From Convolutriloba macropyga (Eukaryota), in contig NC_134478.1 in NCBI RefSeq assembly GCF_964194025.1, forward strand, positions 12,090,001-12,154,000: DNA of 64,000 nucleotides, given 5' to 3'. Below, one piece after another: positions 38,636 through 51,140 of this stretch. Position 1 is the stretch's first letter. Each line of letters starts with the position of its first letter. The notes under the pieces were generated by a model. The model ran no database searches. It was not told the DNA's origin and saw only the letters and a list, made by a program, of their open reading frames with translations. A program made the position numbers and the translations under genes.

Positions 38636-41213
38636 TTATGTAGTTCGTCTGTTAAGTGGATAGGGGTGGGAGGGCCTGGTGCATATAAAGGCAGATCATG
38701 CTCGAGGTTTAACTTAATTTTCAGTTCTCCTGTAACCAGCATCGACTCTATGCTTTGCGAATATATCGCGAAATTCAAAGAACAGCTCCTCTACTTGTTC
38801 TTGTTGTTCTGCTTGTAGGACTGAGTCTTGCCAAGGGAATTTAGTAAGGAACGTTTCTGTCTGTTGGGTTATTGATAGGGTCAATACTGTCCAATTGTTG
38901 GAATTTCAAGATTTCGATGTAAATTCGTCTATACAAGGGATAAAGATTTTCCGTTTCTTCACAAGTTTCTGGAGTTGAAAACCAGAATTTGTGGTATACT
39001 GGGGATGGTCTAACTGGCTGTGATTTTCCTCTTCTTATCTGGTCTTCGCTCAGTTGGTCTAATTCTGTAATTGTTGCTTCTGGGTTTCTCAGTTGCGCCA
39101 ATGCAATTAAATGCGGGTCAATTTGTATTTGCTCGTTCTGGTGTAAGCACTGAAAATGATCCGACTTCTCTTCTTTGTTGCATTGTAAAATCATGATCGG
39201 TAATGTTGAGTGCTGAGATCATTATTATATTTCCTTTCCCAACTGTATCAATGAAGATGAAAAGGCAATAACTTATTCTTGTTCCAACGTTTCGTTGGGA
39301 GTAAAAACTCCACTGACTGATATCGAAATATTGGTTGCAAGGGTGCATTTGATCATGATTTGTTCCCCTGCAGCAATCGTTTTTAGGCATAAATTGGAGT
39401 TTTCTTGGGTCTGACAACTCATCTTGGCTCACTTTGAGGCTTATTTTGTTATTCGTTATTGATAAATCATCAACTTGCAGTATGCTTTTTGCTGGTCGAA
39501 TGCTAATGTGAGGCTTTGCAAAGAAAGGATTTCATAGTATTGTTGAATTTGCTGTTTTAAGTTCCAGGAAGGTTTTATGTGCCATTTTGAATTCTATTTC
39601 GGCTTCACGTTTTGATTGCATTAGTTGACCACCTGCTAGTTGGACTTTGGACCATTTCGGTTCTGTATCACTGTTGGGTATTTACGTGCTCTATGAGTTA
39701 TTATAGGTGAAAATTTTAATCTCACAAAATAATGTTTCGGCTGATTTTGGGTTTATATTATTAAGTTAAGTATATACGGCTCGATGGGTGTACGAGCACT
39801 GAAACTTGTCATCTGTTTTCGTGAGTTGTTTCTTCCGTATGGGCGATTAACGTTTTGTTGAAATCTTGGGCGGAAATTTATTTGTAGACGTGTTATTAAA
39901 TCGTCCTCTATTGTGCCATGGCTATTGATTGAAACCTCGGTAGCCCTGGTACTGGGGTATTTATTGAGTGAACGTTTACGGTTGGTATTATGCTCGACTT
40001 TGTAAAGGTTGGATAGAATGTGTTAAGTGACTATCTGAAGGATTAGTTCGGTGGTAACCCGATTTGTTAGTTGTCTTGGAGACTTTTCTCAATTGACTTC
40101 ATTGAAGTCGTCTTCCGGGTAGTCTTCTTTTCGACACATTTCTCGTATAGCTATTTGTTGTCGTGCGAAAGTGCATAAATCATGGATTGGTGTGTTGGCT
40201 GGTTGTCCCATGATTTTTGATCGTAGCCATCCGGGCATTGCTTTTATGAATATTCTTTGCTCGTTCTTGATATCTTCGGCAGCTTAAAGTCGTGCATCTC
40301 TTGCTGCCGTTTCCCAGTCAAATTTTGTTTATTCAGCGGCTGCAGGTTCTGAATCAAGTCCTGCTATATTTAATGGAGCTACAGCTGGTCAATTTGGCTC
40401 AGGCTATGCTCGTGAGGCTTTCGTTTGCAGATTTACGATGAAATTCTCCGCTAGGTCTGTCTTTGGGTCGAAGGAATGACTTTCGAGCTTTAAAACTCGG
40501 ACTTCCTGCAAATCTCGGTTAGCAAATTGGTCTCGTAAGAGAGTGAAACAGCCACTCAAGTTGGCTCTTGTTGCAGGTGACAAGGTTTGAAAAATTTGAG
40601 GGCTGCGATCCGGAGGTGCAGTTGTAGAAATTTGGGCTGTTGTGTGTTGTTTATTCCTGAGACTGCTAAAAATCCTCGAAAAACTTTTTCCAATTCAGAA
40701 TTGAATTATCACTTCTTTCATCTACTGTTGTCTCTTTCCGCTGACCTCCACTCTCATCTGAAATCCACTTGCTCATTTTCTGCCTCTAAGGGTTGTTCTC
40801 TTAGCATTGAAGTCTCACAATTGGAAGGAGTTGTAAGTTGATAGGAATAACAGTATTTGATAAAAAGAATTAACTGTTGAATAGTAAAAACGAATATTGT
40901 TTTTGTCATGTCAAAATGAGCTTCTCCTGTTATACATTTAATTGCTGACACAAGGTCTTTCAGGTTATGAAAAGAACTAGTTGTAATTACTTCTCTTTCT
41001 GTAATAGTGAGAGTGAGGAAAATAATAACGGGTTGATGCTCGTCTACGAAAACGTAATGAACTTCTGCTGACGTATCTAATCTATTAGAATTACTAAAAG
41101 CAATAAGATCTTTTGAGAATTCTATTTCTTGAAGTCCGTCAAAATATAATTTTTCAAGAAATTCTCGTTGAAAATTTATTCGGAAGTTAACTGTCGCCAC
41201 TCCTGTCACCATC

Positions 41214-41691
41214 TGATAGCCTCTTTCATAATAAAAGAAGAGTTATCCTACTTTCAAGACAAGAGAAGCTTATGAGATGAGAGCGGTCAAGGAATTTGGA
41301 ATGCTAAGGCCAACAAGTACCAGGTGCAAAAAAAAGGAAAATCTTAAATTTCACTCAACTAAGAAAAAAGATGATTAAGTCACAGCTTTTTATTAGTTCG
41401 TCTTTTCTCGCTCTGAGGCTTTTATATATTTTCTAGTTGATATTAAAATGATCAATTAAACAAGGCATATGCATATTAGCTTTACAATACTACCAACATA
41501 AACTCGGGGTATAAAATTGCATAATAAAAACACTCAGGTAGTTAGGACAGAAAATGTAGTTTACTTCAAACATTGAGGTTTGTTAATTAGCAGAAGTTTG
41601 TAACAAATAAAGGCCGTACACAGAGATATAAATATACCAAATAAAGACATTTTTCCAAATGATAAAACCCAAACTTATTCAAGGTATTACA
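41214..41691 (-). repeat. 5' LTR of env-bearing element
   Basis: TGTAATACC...GCTATCA on the minus strand, then a 2-nt spacer and the PBS. Confidence 0.88.
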
Positions 41692-41955
41692 GGCCTCTTT
41701 TTTGAAACATTCAATCAATCCCTAAAACAATATTTTTAATGTTTTGTATTCTCAATAAACTTATGGGCTCATAATCACAAGTTTTTACTATCACGCACGT
41801 TTTCAGCCATTGGATTGCTCAGTTCTTTCAAGTTTTTATAATTTAGTAAGCCAGCATTTTGGTTAATTTCTAGATCATTTAAGTGTTTCAATTCAGTTCT
41901 GAGGAAAAACGAGTTTCATCTAATTTTTGTCATAGTAAAATTGAAAAATACCAAA

Positions 41956-42472
41956 CATAGTCGGCACACTGCCGGAAAATAGCCACCTTTGAAGCGCTTG
42001 ATGCACATCGGGATTGAAACAGAAAAGAGGAGACAAATTGACCAAATTTTTCTGCTTTTTTCAGCGACGAAGTGTTCTAATTTGGCTTGTAGTTTCAGTT
42101 AGATTCTGCAATCATCCTTAATTCAGCTTGTCAACTGAAAGAGCTTCTCATCTGAAAGCTAATAAGCTTACTACTAATGTCAGCTAGCAAACACTTTAAT
42201 GAACTTCGATAAATCTCGATAATTCTCAAAGGCTCTATCGATTTATCCCGTTTCTTTTGATTTCGCTCTTGACAGTATTCACCACATAGCGTAATTCAAT
42301 GCGTGAAAGAATTTAAAATACATTCAGTTGAAACAGTGAGTGAAGTAAGTCAGATGTCAAAAGTGAAAACCGTAACATAAGTAAAACAAAAAACGTGATC
42401 AAAAGGTAACGCGAGTTTAAAAAAAGGCGAGCGCCTAAATAATAGCCGTTGAGAGGCTGAGGGCGTCTATTA
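41956..42472 (-). mobile_element. HINE-A (Helentron-like non-autonomous element), short form, subfamily 1
   Basis: Minus-strand 5' subTIR with a nearby inverted copy, 3' subTIR, hairpin, CTATG end and T-run flanks. No TSD. Confidence 0.7.
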
Positions 42473-42768
42473 ATAAACAATTTTTGTGGGAAATCATTGT
42501 TCTGACTTTTATCGTTCTTTCATTAATACATGAACAGTCTTCACAACAGCTTATAATAAATGCATCTAATTTGGCTCACTACCTAAACTGATCAAAACCA
42601 TTTATGGATTTTTTGCACGTCGACAAAACTTACTACGAATTAAAACCTTTCAATCAGAAGAAAGACAAAGTTATATTAACAAGGCTATCAGTTGATGGTT
42701 ATCGTAAAAGAAAACAGCTGCCAAGTCGAACATTTGGAGAAAAAGAGCGAACACTTGACCGCAACAAA

Positions 42769-43812
42769 CATAGCCGCCAAATTCCTGAAAATAGCAGCCG
42801 TTGAGGCGCTTGACGCACATCACAATCGAAACAGAAAAGGATATTTTTTCAAAAGTTCTGTCAATGATTCAAACAGTGTTCGAATTCGGTCAGCAGTTTT
42901 ATAGATTCTAAAACTAAACTTAATTCAGCTTCAAAACTGAAAGCTAAAGCAATTAAGCTTAATGCGAATATCAGCTAGCAAATGCTCTAATGAACTTTGA
43001 TAACCTAATGCACGATGAGTGAATAACCTGGTTTATCCCACTTCTTTTGATTTAGCTCTTTTGACATTGACCGTACTACATGGCGTAATTCAATGCGTGA
43101 AAAGATTTAAAATCCATTCATTTGAAACAGTGAATGCGGTAAGTCACGAGTTAAACGTTAAAATCTTGACTTATGTAAAACGAAAAACGTGATGAAAAGG
43201 TGAAGCGAATTAGAAAAACATAGCAGGACAAGTCCTCACGTACAATTCGAAGAATTTTCATTGACTAAACAAAAATAGACCTAGAACGGAGTATGAGTGA
43301 ATTGGGAAATCCACTTATAAAAAATTAGATCAAAAAATATATTAAAACAAAAAATCAATGTCAAAATGCCTCATGTAAAACAAAAAACCGCTAGCGAGAA
43401 TGAAATTTGGTTGAGACAAAAAACGAGGCAGAGAATGAACTACGAATGGATTGGAAAAACAATTTAGAAAGAAATCCGATCCAAGAAATTGAAAAACAGT
43501 AAATATCAAATTGAAATTGCCGCAAGTGAACAAAAAAACCACTAGCGAGAAAGCAATTTTTTTCAAACACCGTTTTCTCATTCTACTTTACAATTTAAGC
43601 TAAAAAAAATCACGCCACAAATTTACTCGCTTTTTCGCTCCACTTCCTGTTTCGGCGTGACCAAAATCACTACTCCAATTTGACTTCAAAAGTCATGAAA
43701 ATGTGTGAACAGACCTTAAAAAAAGACAGCGCCCCAATACAATTCAAATTTGTTGAATTGTAAAAAGGAGAGCGCCTAAATAATAGCCGTTGAGAGGCTG
43801 ACGGCGGCTATT
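42769..43812 (-). mobile_element. HINE-A subfamily 1 containing nested HINE-D (43219-43762)
   Basis: Collinear with 41956-42472 except for a ~545-bp insert with its own subTIRs and hairpin. Confidence 0.72.
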
Positions 43813-44641
43813 AACAACTAAGTTCTGCAAGTGGTGCTCAAAAACTAGTTGTTTGCATAAAAGTAAATGTTCGAAAATGCAGAAACATTGGATTAAATTT
43901 TTGGGGATTGAAAAATTTCCAAAATTCATAGATCGCTATTAATCTATTTCATCAACCACATTCTCCACTGTTGTCACAATTGCAGATTAATGAAAATTAC
44001 TACACGGTGGTAACCAGCATCTCGGAGTTTCCAAACTCCGAAGCGGATTACAGTTGTTTAATAATTTCGACATGGCAATAACAAACGTGTATCTTTAACG
44101 AACTCGTTGTGCTTATAACAGAAGCATAACGTCATTTTTTGTCCCAATAGACCACAAATTTATTCAACAGAAGTTAATCAACACCTTTGCTAAATCTACA
44201 CTGGCGCTAAGACATTGGCAAAAAATTGTATTGTCACGCACCAACGTTCAAGCAAAAGCAAGATTTTGCCGTGCAAATTGGACAAGCATTCCATTTCTTT
44301 TAGAAAAAAAAACATATATTCTATAGATGAGCTACGCCACTTTTCTTATTTCAACTAAATTTTCTTTAGAAATTTTGAGATGCTGAAAAATCAGAGTGAA
44401 ATTGCCGCATGTGAACAAAAAACCACTAGCGAGAAAGCGAATTTTTGTTCAAACTCTCGCTCCACTTCCTGTTTCGGCGTGACCAAAATCATTACTCCAA
44501 TTTGACTTCAAAAATCATGAAAATGTGTGAACAGATCTTAAAAAAAGACAGCGCCCCAATACAATTCAAATTCTTTGAATTGTAAAAAACCAAGATCACC
44601 GCAATATAGCTCCGCTCAGCTTACAGCTTCGCAGCTATAAA

Positions 44642-44979
44642 CATAGACCGACTAACGTTAGATGCATTGCTCTCGAACACCAGGCGTGGGCAATTTAATT
44701 TAGAGCGCGTGTAGCTTAGAAATTTTTTATGAATGCAAAACACCGCCGACCCCACAGTGGTCTGAAACCTGGACCTTCAGGATGCCAGTCCAAAATTTCG
44801 ACCACTTTGCTACAATGGCGTTCACAATCACTTTTATAATAGCAAAAATTCAAGTGTGAAAAAGTCACCCAAGAAGTCAAAGAATGATCTAGAGAAAAAG
44901 CGCAGAAACGGTCTAGCGAAAATTCTGCATAGAGAAACACACGTTTTAATAACTGCTCAAACTTCGTCCGATAGCAATT
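44642..44979 (-). mobile_element. HINE-B with internal tRNA-like cassette (~44745-44820)
   Basis: catag + ctaacgttag palindrome + ttgctctcgaac at the left end and tagcaatt at the right. A box TAGCAAAGTGG. Confidence 0.62.
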
Positions 44980-44990
44980 AAAAATGAAAA

Positions 44991-45515
44991 CATACCCGGC
45001 AGATTGCCGCAAAATAGCCGCCGTTGATTTCATTAAGCTTGATTGGGATTGAACGAATAGAATATATTGAAAAAAAAAGATTTTTGTTCAAAAATATTTT
45101 TTAAGTCCGATTTATTTTGATGGCATTTCGTAGTTGAACATACTTCTGTTTCTTAGAGAGAGGCTACAGGGGCTACTATCAACACCAATAAGCATTAGAG
45201 GTGGTAACTAAGACTTATAGGAACGACGTTCAAATAGCGGGCATCTAAAATTGGGCTTTATGGGTTTTTCCCGTTTCTATTTCTGACTTCAATTTTTTAT
45301 ACCGACTGTGTTCATTTTGAATTGCTTTGCTTAGCAACTGATGTTCAAATTCACTTTTAGCAGAATGAGAGAAGAGAGAAACTAGCCTAGAGAAGTCAAA
45401 AAGGTTTCACGCAAAATGTCGAAAGCGGCAAAATTGTAAAGCGAAAAAAAGTTTGACGAAGTAAAAAAAAATACGAGCGCAATAATAGCCGGCTGAGAAG
45501 ATGAGGGCGGCTATT
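44991..45515 (-). mobile_element. HINE-A short form, subfamily 2
   Basis: Minus strand AATAGCCGCC...CCGGCTATTA at the 5' end and GGCGGCTATT + hairpin + GGGTATG at the 3' end. Confidence 0.75.
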
Positions 45516-45568
45516 AATAAATATACAGTTCGTTTCTGAGCGATAGAAGAGATTTCAAAAGGATTTAC

Positions 45569-45683
45569 CAGTGTTGACAGGGTTCTCGATTCTGATCCAG
45601 TTCTGGGTGGCGAGTGATACAAGTGCCATTGCGAAAGACAGCACCAGTAACGTCAGCTGCACCATTCCTTTATAATTTGCCAT
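45569..45683 (-). CDS. MOSMO: MOSMO (modulator of Smoothened, C16orf52/ATTHOG) first coding exon
   Basis: ATG at 45683, 38 codons + 1 nt, TM helix followed by NWI, donor G|GTAAAT at 45568. Phase 1 matches the next exon. There is an upstream T10CAG acceptor at 45753. Confidence 0.85.
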
Positions 45684-47490
45684 TCCACAACTCTTCTTAC
45701 TCACAGTAAACGATAGGCAGTACCAACAACTTAACACAGATCATATAAATATCTGAAAAAAAAAACAAATTAGAAATGAAATACCGTCACCAGTATTTTA
45801 AAAACTATTAAGGATATACATTTCGTGACACCTCATCTCATAATTCCATACAATACTCTTTCAAATTATGTGTTAAAATGTATGTTGCTTTGACTTAAAA
45901 TAGGAAAAGCTCTGGGGAGTGGGGGGGTCATAATTAAAAATAATCAACTTTGACTTCCGAAATCGTAAATTTTCCATCTAGGTAACTTAATTTTTTGGTA
46001 CGTAACTTGTTTTAAAGGCGAATAATGAGGAAAGGTGAGAGCTAACCCAGAGCGACTGGATTGTTTACCTGGTTAAAAACAACAAATTGGCATTTGAACA
46101 TTTGATCGCTTCCTTTTTGGATTGCAATGCGACCAAAATGCCTTCGTTAGTAGTAAAGCTAAAGGCTTTCTGTTATTTAGTAACTTACGAGTGAGTATAT
46201 ATACTTGTTAGAAGGAGCTATTTGTGCCCAGTAACCATGATTCCTTCAAACTTCGTTTGAGCGCAATTAAAAAATTATTTTCTTCACACCTTCGAATTAA
46301 TAAGTTGAAAGAATAAACGATTTGTAACCATTTCACACAATATGAACTATATATAGTACAATGCAAGATATTCCCTTCTCGTAAACAGAAGCGAAATAGC
46401 AATTGAAGATATCGAATCAAATAAGAAAATGAGGAATACTTGAGAATAGGCAAAATGTACACTGCTTATAGTATTGAACAAATTAGACTGATATAGCACA
46501 ACTCAAAATAATATCTTTTCAACCCATTATACAATTCGAGAAAATTGCAAAATGAGAGCTTTATTAATTTCAGGCATTCGTGAATTAACCTTTTTAAGGA
46601 CAATTCTAGAAATTGAGTATGAATAGTTGATGATAAACCCATTTTTGAGCATCAAATAATTAGCCAATATGTCATTCTTTTAAAATATCAAAAACGGGTA
46701 TAAAAGTTTTTTACAATTAAGCGACTCACAACAACGAAGTAAAATGTTCCCCGAAATACAATCCAGTTATTCTGGGGTCTTGCCCATTATACCCCCCCCC
46801 CTCAATGGGTATTGAGCGCATACCCCGATAACCGTAAATATAGCATAATAGCGGGTTATAATTTTGTGGGCCAGGAGGGGAGGGGGAGGAGGTATAATGG
46901 AAAAGATCCCATTTCTGAACTAATTCACAGCACAATATGACAATATGGAATATGCGACTGGGAGCACGTAAGGCCTCATTATAGCCAAAGTTATTCACGA
47001 ATAGATCATTTAGCAGCATGCTTCCTAAGTTTTCCAAGATCAATATCAAAACTTGAAAAAGACTTAACACATTTCGGATCTATTTCACACATTCCCCTGT
47101 GCACATTTTTGTTCTTACGCCTGTAAGAACAAACTATTACAAATTTTTGATGATAAAGGTTTGTATACAGTTCCGATAATCAGCTTTGACACAGATCGAA
47201 GAAAAGGCATTTTAAGTATCCGTGAATCATTGAAATTAACGTCGTTAGGCTTTCAAATTCTCATTCTTTTCCAAGCTGGAATATCACAACAAATAAATGG
47301 ATCGACTGTATGACAATTGTGTCGAAAGCACCCATTTTAACGTTATTTGTTTGTTATATTATTTATAATTGGTTATGAAATTCACAGAGCAGAGATAATC
47401 CTATAGCCGTTCGCAGATGAATTATAAGTCTTGGTCTTGCTGTGAAAAGCAAACACAATAAAGTGTTCTGATTGGCTATTTACTGTCCAA

Positions 47491-47574
47491 TTAGAGTTCG
47501 TCCCTGAATGAGTATCTGAGATCGGAGGGTGCAAGTTTCACAAATTGGCTCTCAGGAGGTGTGCTCGGCTGCTT
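47491..47574 (-). CDS. ERP44: ERp44 terminal coding exon (KQPSTPPESQFVKLAPSDLRYSFRDEL*)
   Basis: GTTATAG| acceptor, 84 nt in phase 0. PPES-F-KLAPS--RY---RDEL is the ERp44 C-tail and ER-retrieval signal. Confidence 0.93.
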   Translation of the reverse strand, partial: KQPSTPPESQFVKLAPSDLRYSFRDEL

Positions 47575-49652
47575 CTATAACGAATACTAAGATTACATTT
47601 TAATAAATATTAACCGACAAACTTCGTACGACTTGCTATCCAACAACTTGCGGGTTTGCCTAATTGTGTCGAAAAACTCTTTGGCACCACTTGGAGAACG
47701 TTTATGGGTAAAATCTCCCGGATAATAGTCTCAGAAGTTATCCACTACGCCATACCAGCTTTACGGCATTCCGTAAGCACGCACAGTTAACATCCTCGTT
47801 TAGAAAGTTCTGAATAAAATTAATTTGATCGAAAACAGTCAAATTTTAAGCAGCAAAGCGTGGAAAAGTCACTCGGGAAGTCAAGAGAGCAAAAGAATGT
47901 GCCAGGAAAATGTAAAAAATAAGGTACAAATAAGAGACACACGTTTACAACAATTGCTTCAAACATTTTGTTCGAGACCAATTCATTATGATAGCTTAAC
48001 TAAATAAATTGAGCTGTTTATGACAGCTCAACAAAAAGTGTGTGCCTTGAACTCTATGAAAAAGAATTTTCGGACCTTTTCCGTTTGTGCCCCGCAAGTA
48101 CAATATGCACCCTCCAATTACAGAGCAACTATCATTACATAGTAAACCATTATTTAAAAATATAGCACGTTCTTTTGGGGTTGCAAATAATATGCGCCCA
48201 TAAGCTGGGGTGTACAAACGGAAAAGATCCGAATTTTCATTGACCAAACGATAAAACGCGCATGAACGAAAACGCTCTCCCAGAAACCGAAAAATTTGCA
48301 AACACCTTTTTCTCAATCTTACTTTAAAACTCAAGCACAAAACTTCACGCCATAGAATCGTTACTTTCTTGCTCAGCTTTTTGTTTTGTGCGTAATCAAA
48401 CTTTACCACTCAAATTAGACTTCAAAATTGAATGAGTGGAAAATTCTTTGAAAGAGTACCCGGTACTATTCAATTATTTGAATTATTAGAAAATCAGCAA
48501 TAGACCAACAATCGTCCACTATCACTCTGCGGCCATCAAGTAAATAAACAGCACTATCTAAGTAAAAAAATATTAACATACAAAATTGGAGTTCTTCTCA
48601 AACAACAATGAAATCCAAAAATCAACAACTTATAATTGAAGAAGTTTAAGCAATAAGTCTTACAATAGCTAACAGCTATAATCCTCCCAAGCTAAAAAAA
48701 GAAAATTGTCGAAAATATGACACCAAACAGACAATTCTGTTGATCCTCATACACAGGCAAAGCAAAATTTTTTTCCAGTCTTCTCGTACATAAAATTGTA
48801 CTCCACTTTTCCAATAGTTTTCAACAACATTAAACATAGCCCGCAGATATTGACAAATACAATGGCGAAAAACTGCCGACATTGACACCTTTACGATATC
48901 GACGTTCAAACATAAGGAGAAAGATTGAAAGACACATTTTTTTTAAAAAAAGTGAATGACGTGTTTTAAATTGGCGTCTAATTGGCTTTGGAAGTAGCCA
49001 ACTTTAGCTCAGGAAGTATAGCCTCATTGTGTGAGGAAAGAATCAAACAAGGCGGCTCAGCAATGTGCGACGGCACATAAGGTTCCGACCCCACCCATCC
49101 ACAATTTTGGCATAATTGTCTACCAAATGAGGAACAGATAGAAAACCCAAAAATTATTTTTGGGAATACCAAAAAGCCCAAGTATTTTTCAAAAAAATTG
49201 TGTATGAACGATAAGATAGCCTCCAAGGCAAATAACTTACTGGAGTAAAAATTGAAGAATTAAATTGCTGTGATATGCCAATATTAAGAAAGCGAGTCAA
49301 GACGAACAGCAAAATCAAACAACAACAACAAACATTAATTACATCAAAAATTTTTTGTCCGTTTTGAAAAACAAACAAAATTTAGTAACAAAGTCAACAT
49401 ACAGTCAGAGGAACCTAAAAATAAACAAAATAACTTATGAATCACCAGAAAAGATATGGACCAGTCCATAAAAAGGTTTGGTAACAATTAGACGAAAAAG
49501 AACAAAAACAGTAAAGTTAAAAAATTCGATTAATTTTTTAAAACAATTAACTTCAAAGTAATTAAACCACTAGAAATCAGATGAAATATCCCAAAGGTTT
49601 ACGATTACCCATGCTTCTATAGAAGGGCATTAGGACCTGTCCTTATTCATTT

Positions 49653-49855
49653 CTTCTATAACGAATACTAAGATTACATTTTAATAAATATTAACCGACA
49701 AACTTCGTACGACTTGCTATCCAACAACTTGCGGGTTTGCCTAATTATGTGTCGAAAAACTCTTTGGCACCACTTGGAGAACGTTTATGGGTAAAATCTC
49801 CCGGAGAATAGTCTCAGAAGTTATCCACTACGCCATACCAGCTTTACGGCATTCC
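49653..49855. repeat. Near-identical direct duplicate of 47572-47772, including the ERp44 last-exon splice acceptor
   Basis: 201 vs 203 bp; only a 2-bp indel and one substitution seen. Confidence 0.95.
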
Positions 49856-50375
49856 TTGAAGAAAGAAGTGTCGAGGCAGTTAAAACTATAATCTATATCT
49901 TTAAGGATTTTAATATGTTCAATTGTTTTCATTTTGAACGCTAATAATATGATATGAGAACTGTCAGTAATGTGATAATGTGACTAGAAAACGTGAAAAA
50001 CTGGCAAATTTCTAAAAACAAAAAAAAAATCTGAAATCTAGTAGTATCAAAGCCAGAAAACAAAAACTTCAGGCTTAAAAACGCAATCGAGACTAAATTT
50101 CCAATCAGTAGAATGAAGAAGCATTCTTTCTTTGCTGACACTAAGCTCCAAGTTGACCAAATGAAGAAAAAAAAGGAGGAAAAGTTCATTAAGCCATTAT
50201 TTATTTAAAAATCAATAATTGTTAAAAGTCGAAACGATCATAAACTTTACAAGTAAAAAATTAAATGCATTAGCTTGGAGTTGCTTAGGAAGCCAATTGG
50301 ACCTATCACTCCTGAGCTTTCATTTGATATTTTCTGTTCTTTATTATTAAAAAAAGGTCTTTTTTCAAAAAAAAA

Positions 50376-51140
50376 GTCCGACTGATTGCAGTCCGAATTC
50401 TTTTTCGATTGAAACAGTCCAAGATTGGCCCAAAACTAGGCCTGCTAATGCTTATTGTCCGTTAGGAACTATTGATTTTTCGAATATTGTAGATATAGAT
50501 AATTTGTTAGTTGAAAACTCAAAAAAAAATCTGCATTTTTGATAATAAACGAGTAAAGCTAGCAAAAAACGGCTAAGTTTTAATTACAGAGCACTCTCAG
50601 CGGAAGTTGAAGTAGGAATAGCCCCCTTCTGAGTCTACAAAGATTGTATTAGTGTTGTTTGGGGGTGTACTGCCGGCAAAGTTTTATCAAAGTGGACTAA
50701 AGTAGCTTATTTCGTGCTGTTTTTGATGAAAAAGGCTGAATTTTGAGATATTTATCCAGAGTTTTTGACCAAAAAAATTAAATCAGAATAATCAACAAGG
50801 CTTTTTTGTCCCTAAAAATAAAATCAACGACACTATTCTTAAAAATTTCAACAAATTTAGGCAAAATTGACAAAAAATTAGGCAAAAATTTTGGAAAATG
50901 TGAATAAAACAACGTGAATTCACTCACTCTACTTTTTTCAGTAGTTTAAACCTCGATAACTCCCTGTATAAAACGAAAATTAAAAAAATCTTTTTAATTC
51001 CATATTCTACGCTGGAGGAGCTTTCTAATGATATCAGTCTCAACTCTCTACGATGAATATATCGACCGGCGAAAATTGACTGAACAAAAAAAACCCATTT
51101 GAGTATATAGTTCCTCCCCCCTCAAGAGGGGTCGGAACAA
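50376..51140 (-). mobile_element. HINE-C-like repeat; related ends at ~960-1372 and ~21560-21710
   Basis: Three loci share ctctacgatgaatat...ggcgaaaattgact and a terminal gttcc..cccctcaagaggggtcggaacaa stem-loop. The left end has a gactg-attg-cagtc hairpin next to an A-run. Confidence 0.5.

Larger units (their letters stand above)
36372..41691 (-). mobile_element. Old env-bearing Ty3/Gypsy (endogenous retrovirus-like) element with internal pol deletion, in the MOSMO intron
   Basis: Diverged ~478-bp LTRs, PBS TGGTGACAGGAGTGG (tRNA-Leu-like, one mismatch) and PPT AAAAAAGTAGGGTAG at 36851-36865. Contains a gag remnant (AMPGWLRSKIM), an RT N-terminal stub (F.DIFAKH.VD.G...P.PIHL.DEL) and an env-like remnant. 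Confidence 0.85.

Noticed and set aside
36367-41696. Target-site duplication for the env-bearing element
   Set aside because: The flanks ggttc and ggcct match only partly, so a TSD cannot be supported.
45753-47491. ERp44-MOSMO operon with SL trans-splicing at the 45753 acceptor
   Set aside because: A good cis donor (CAG|GTAAAC, 46068) lies 316 nt upstream and the spacing is ~1.7 kb. An ordinary 5' UTR intron is the simpler explanation.
47572-49855. 200-bp direct repeats as LTRs of a TRIM/LARD
   Set aside because: No TG..CA ends, PBS, PPT or TSD. The repeat cuts through an exon boundary and an older element.
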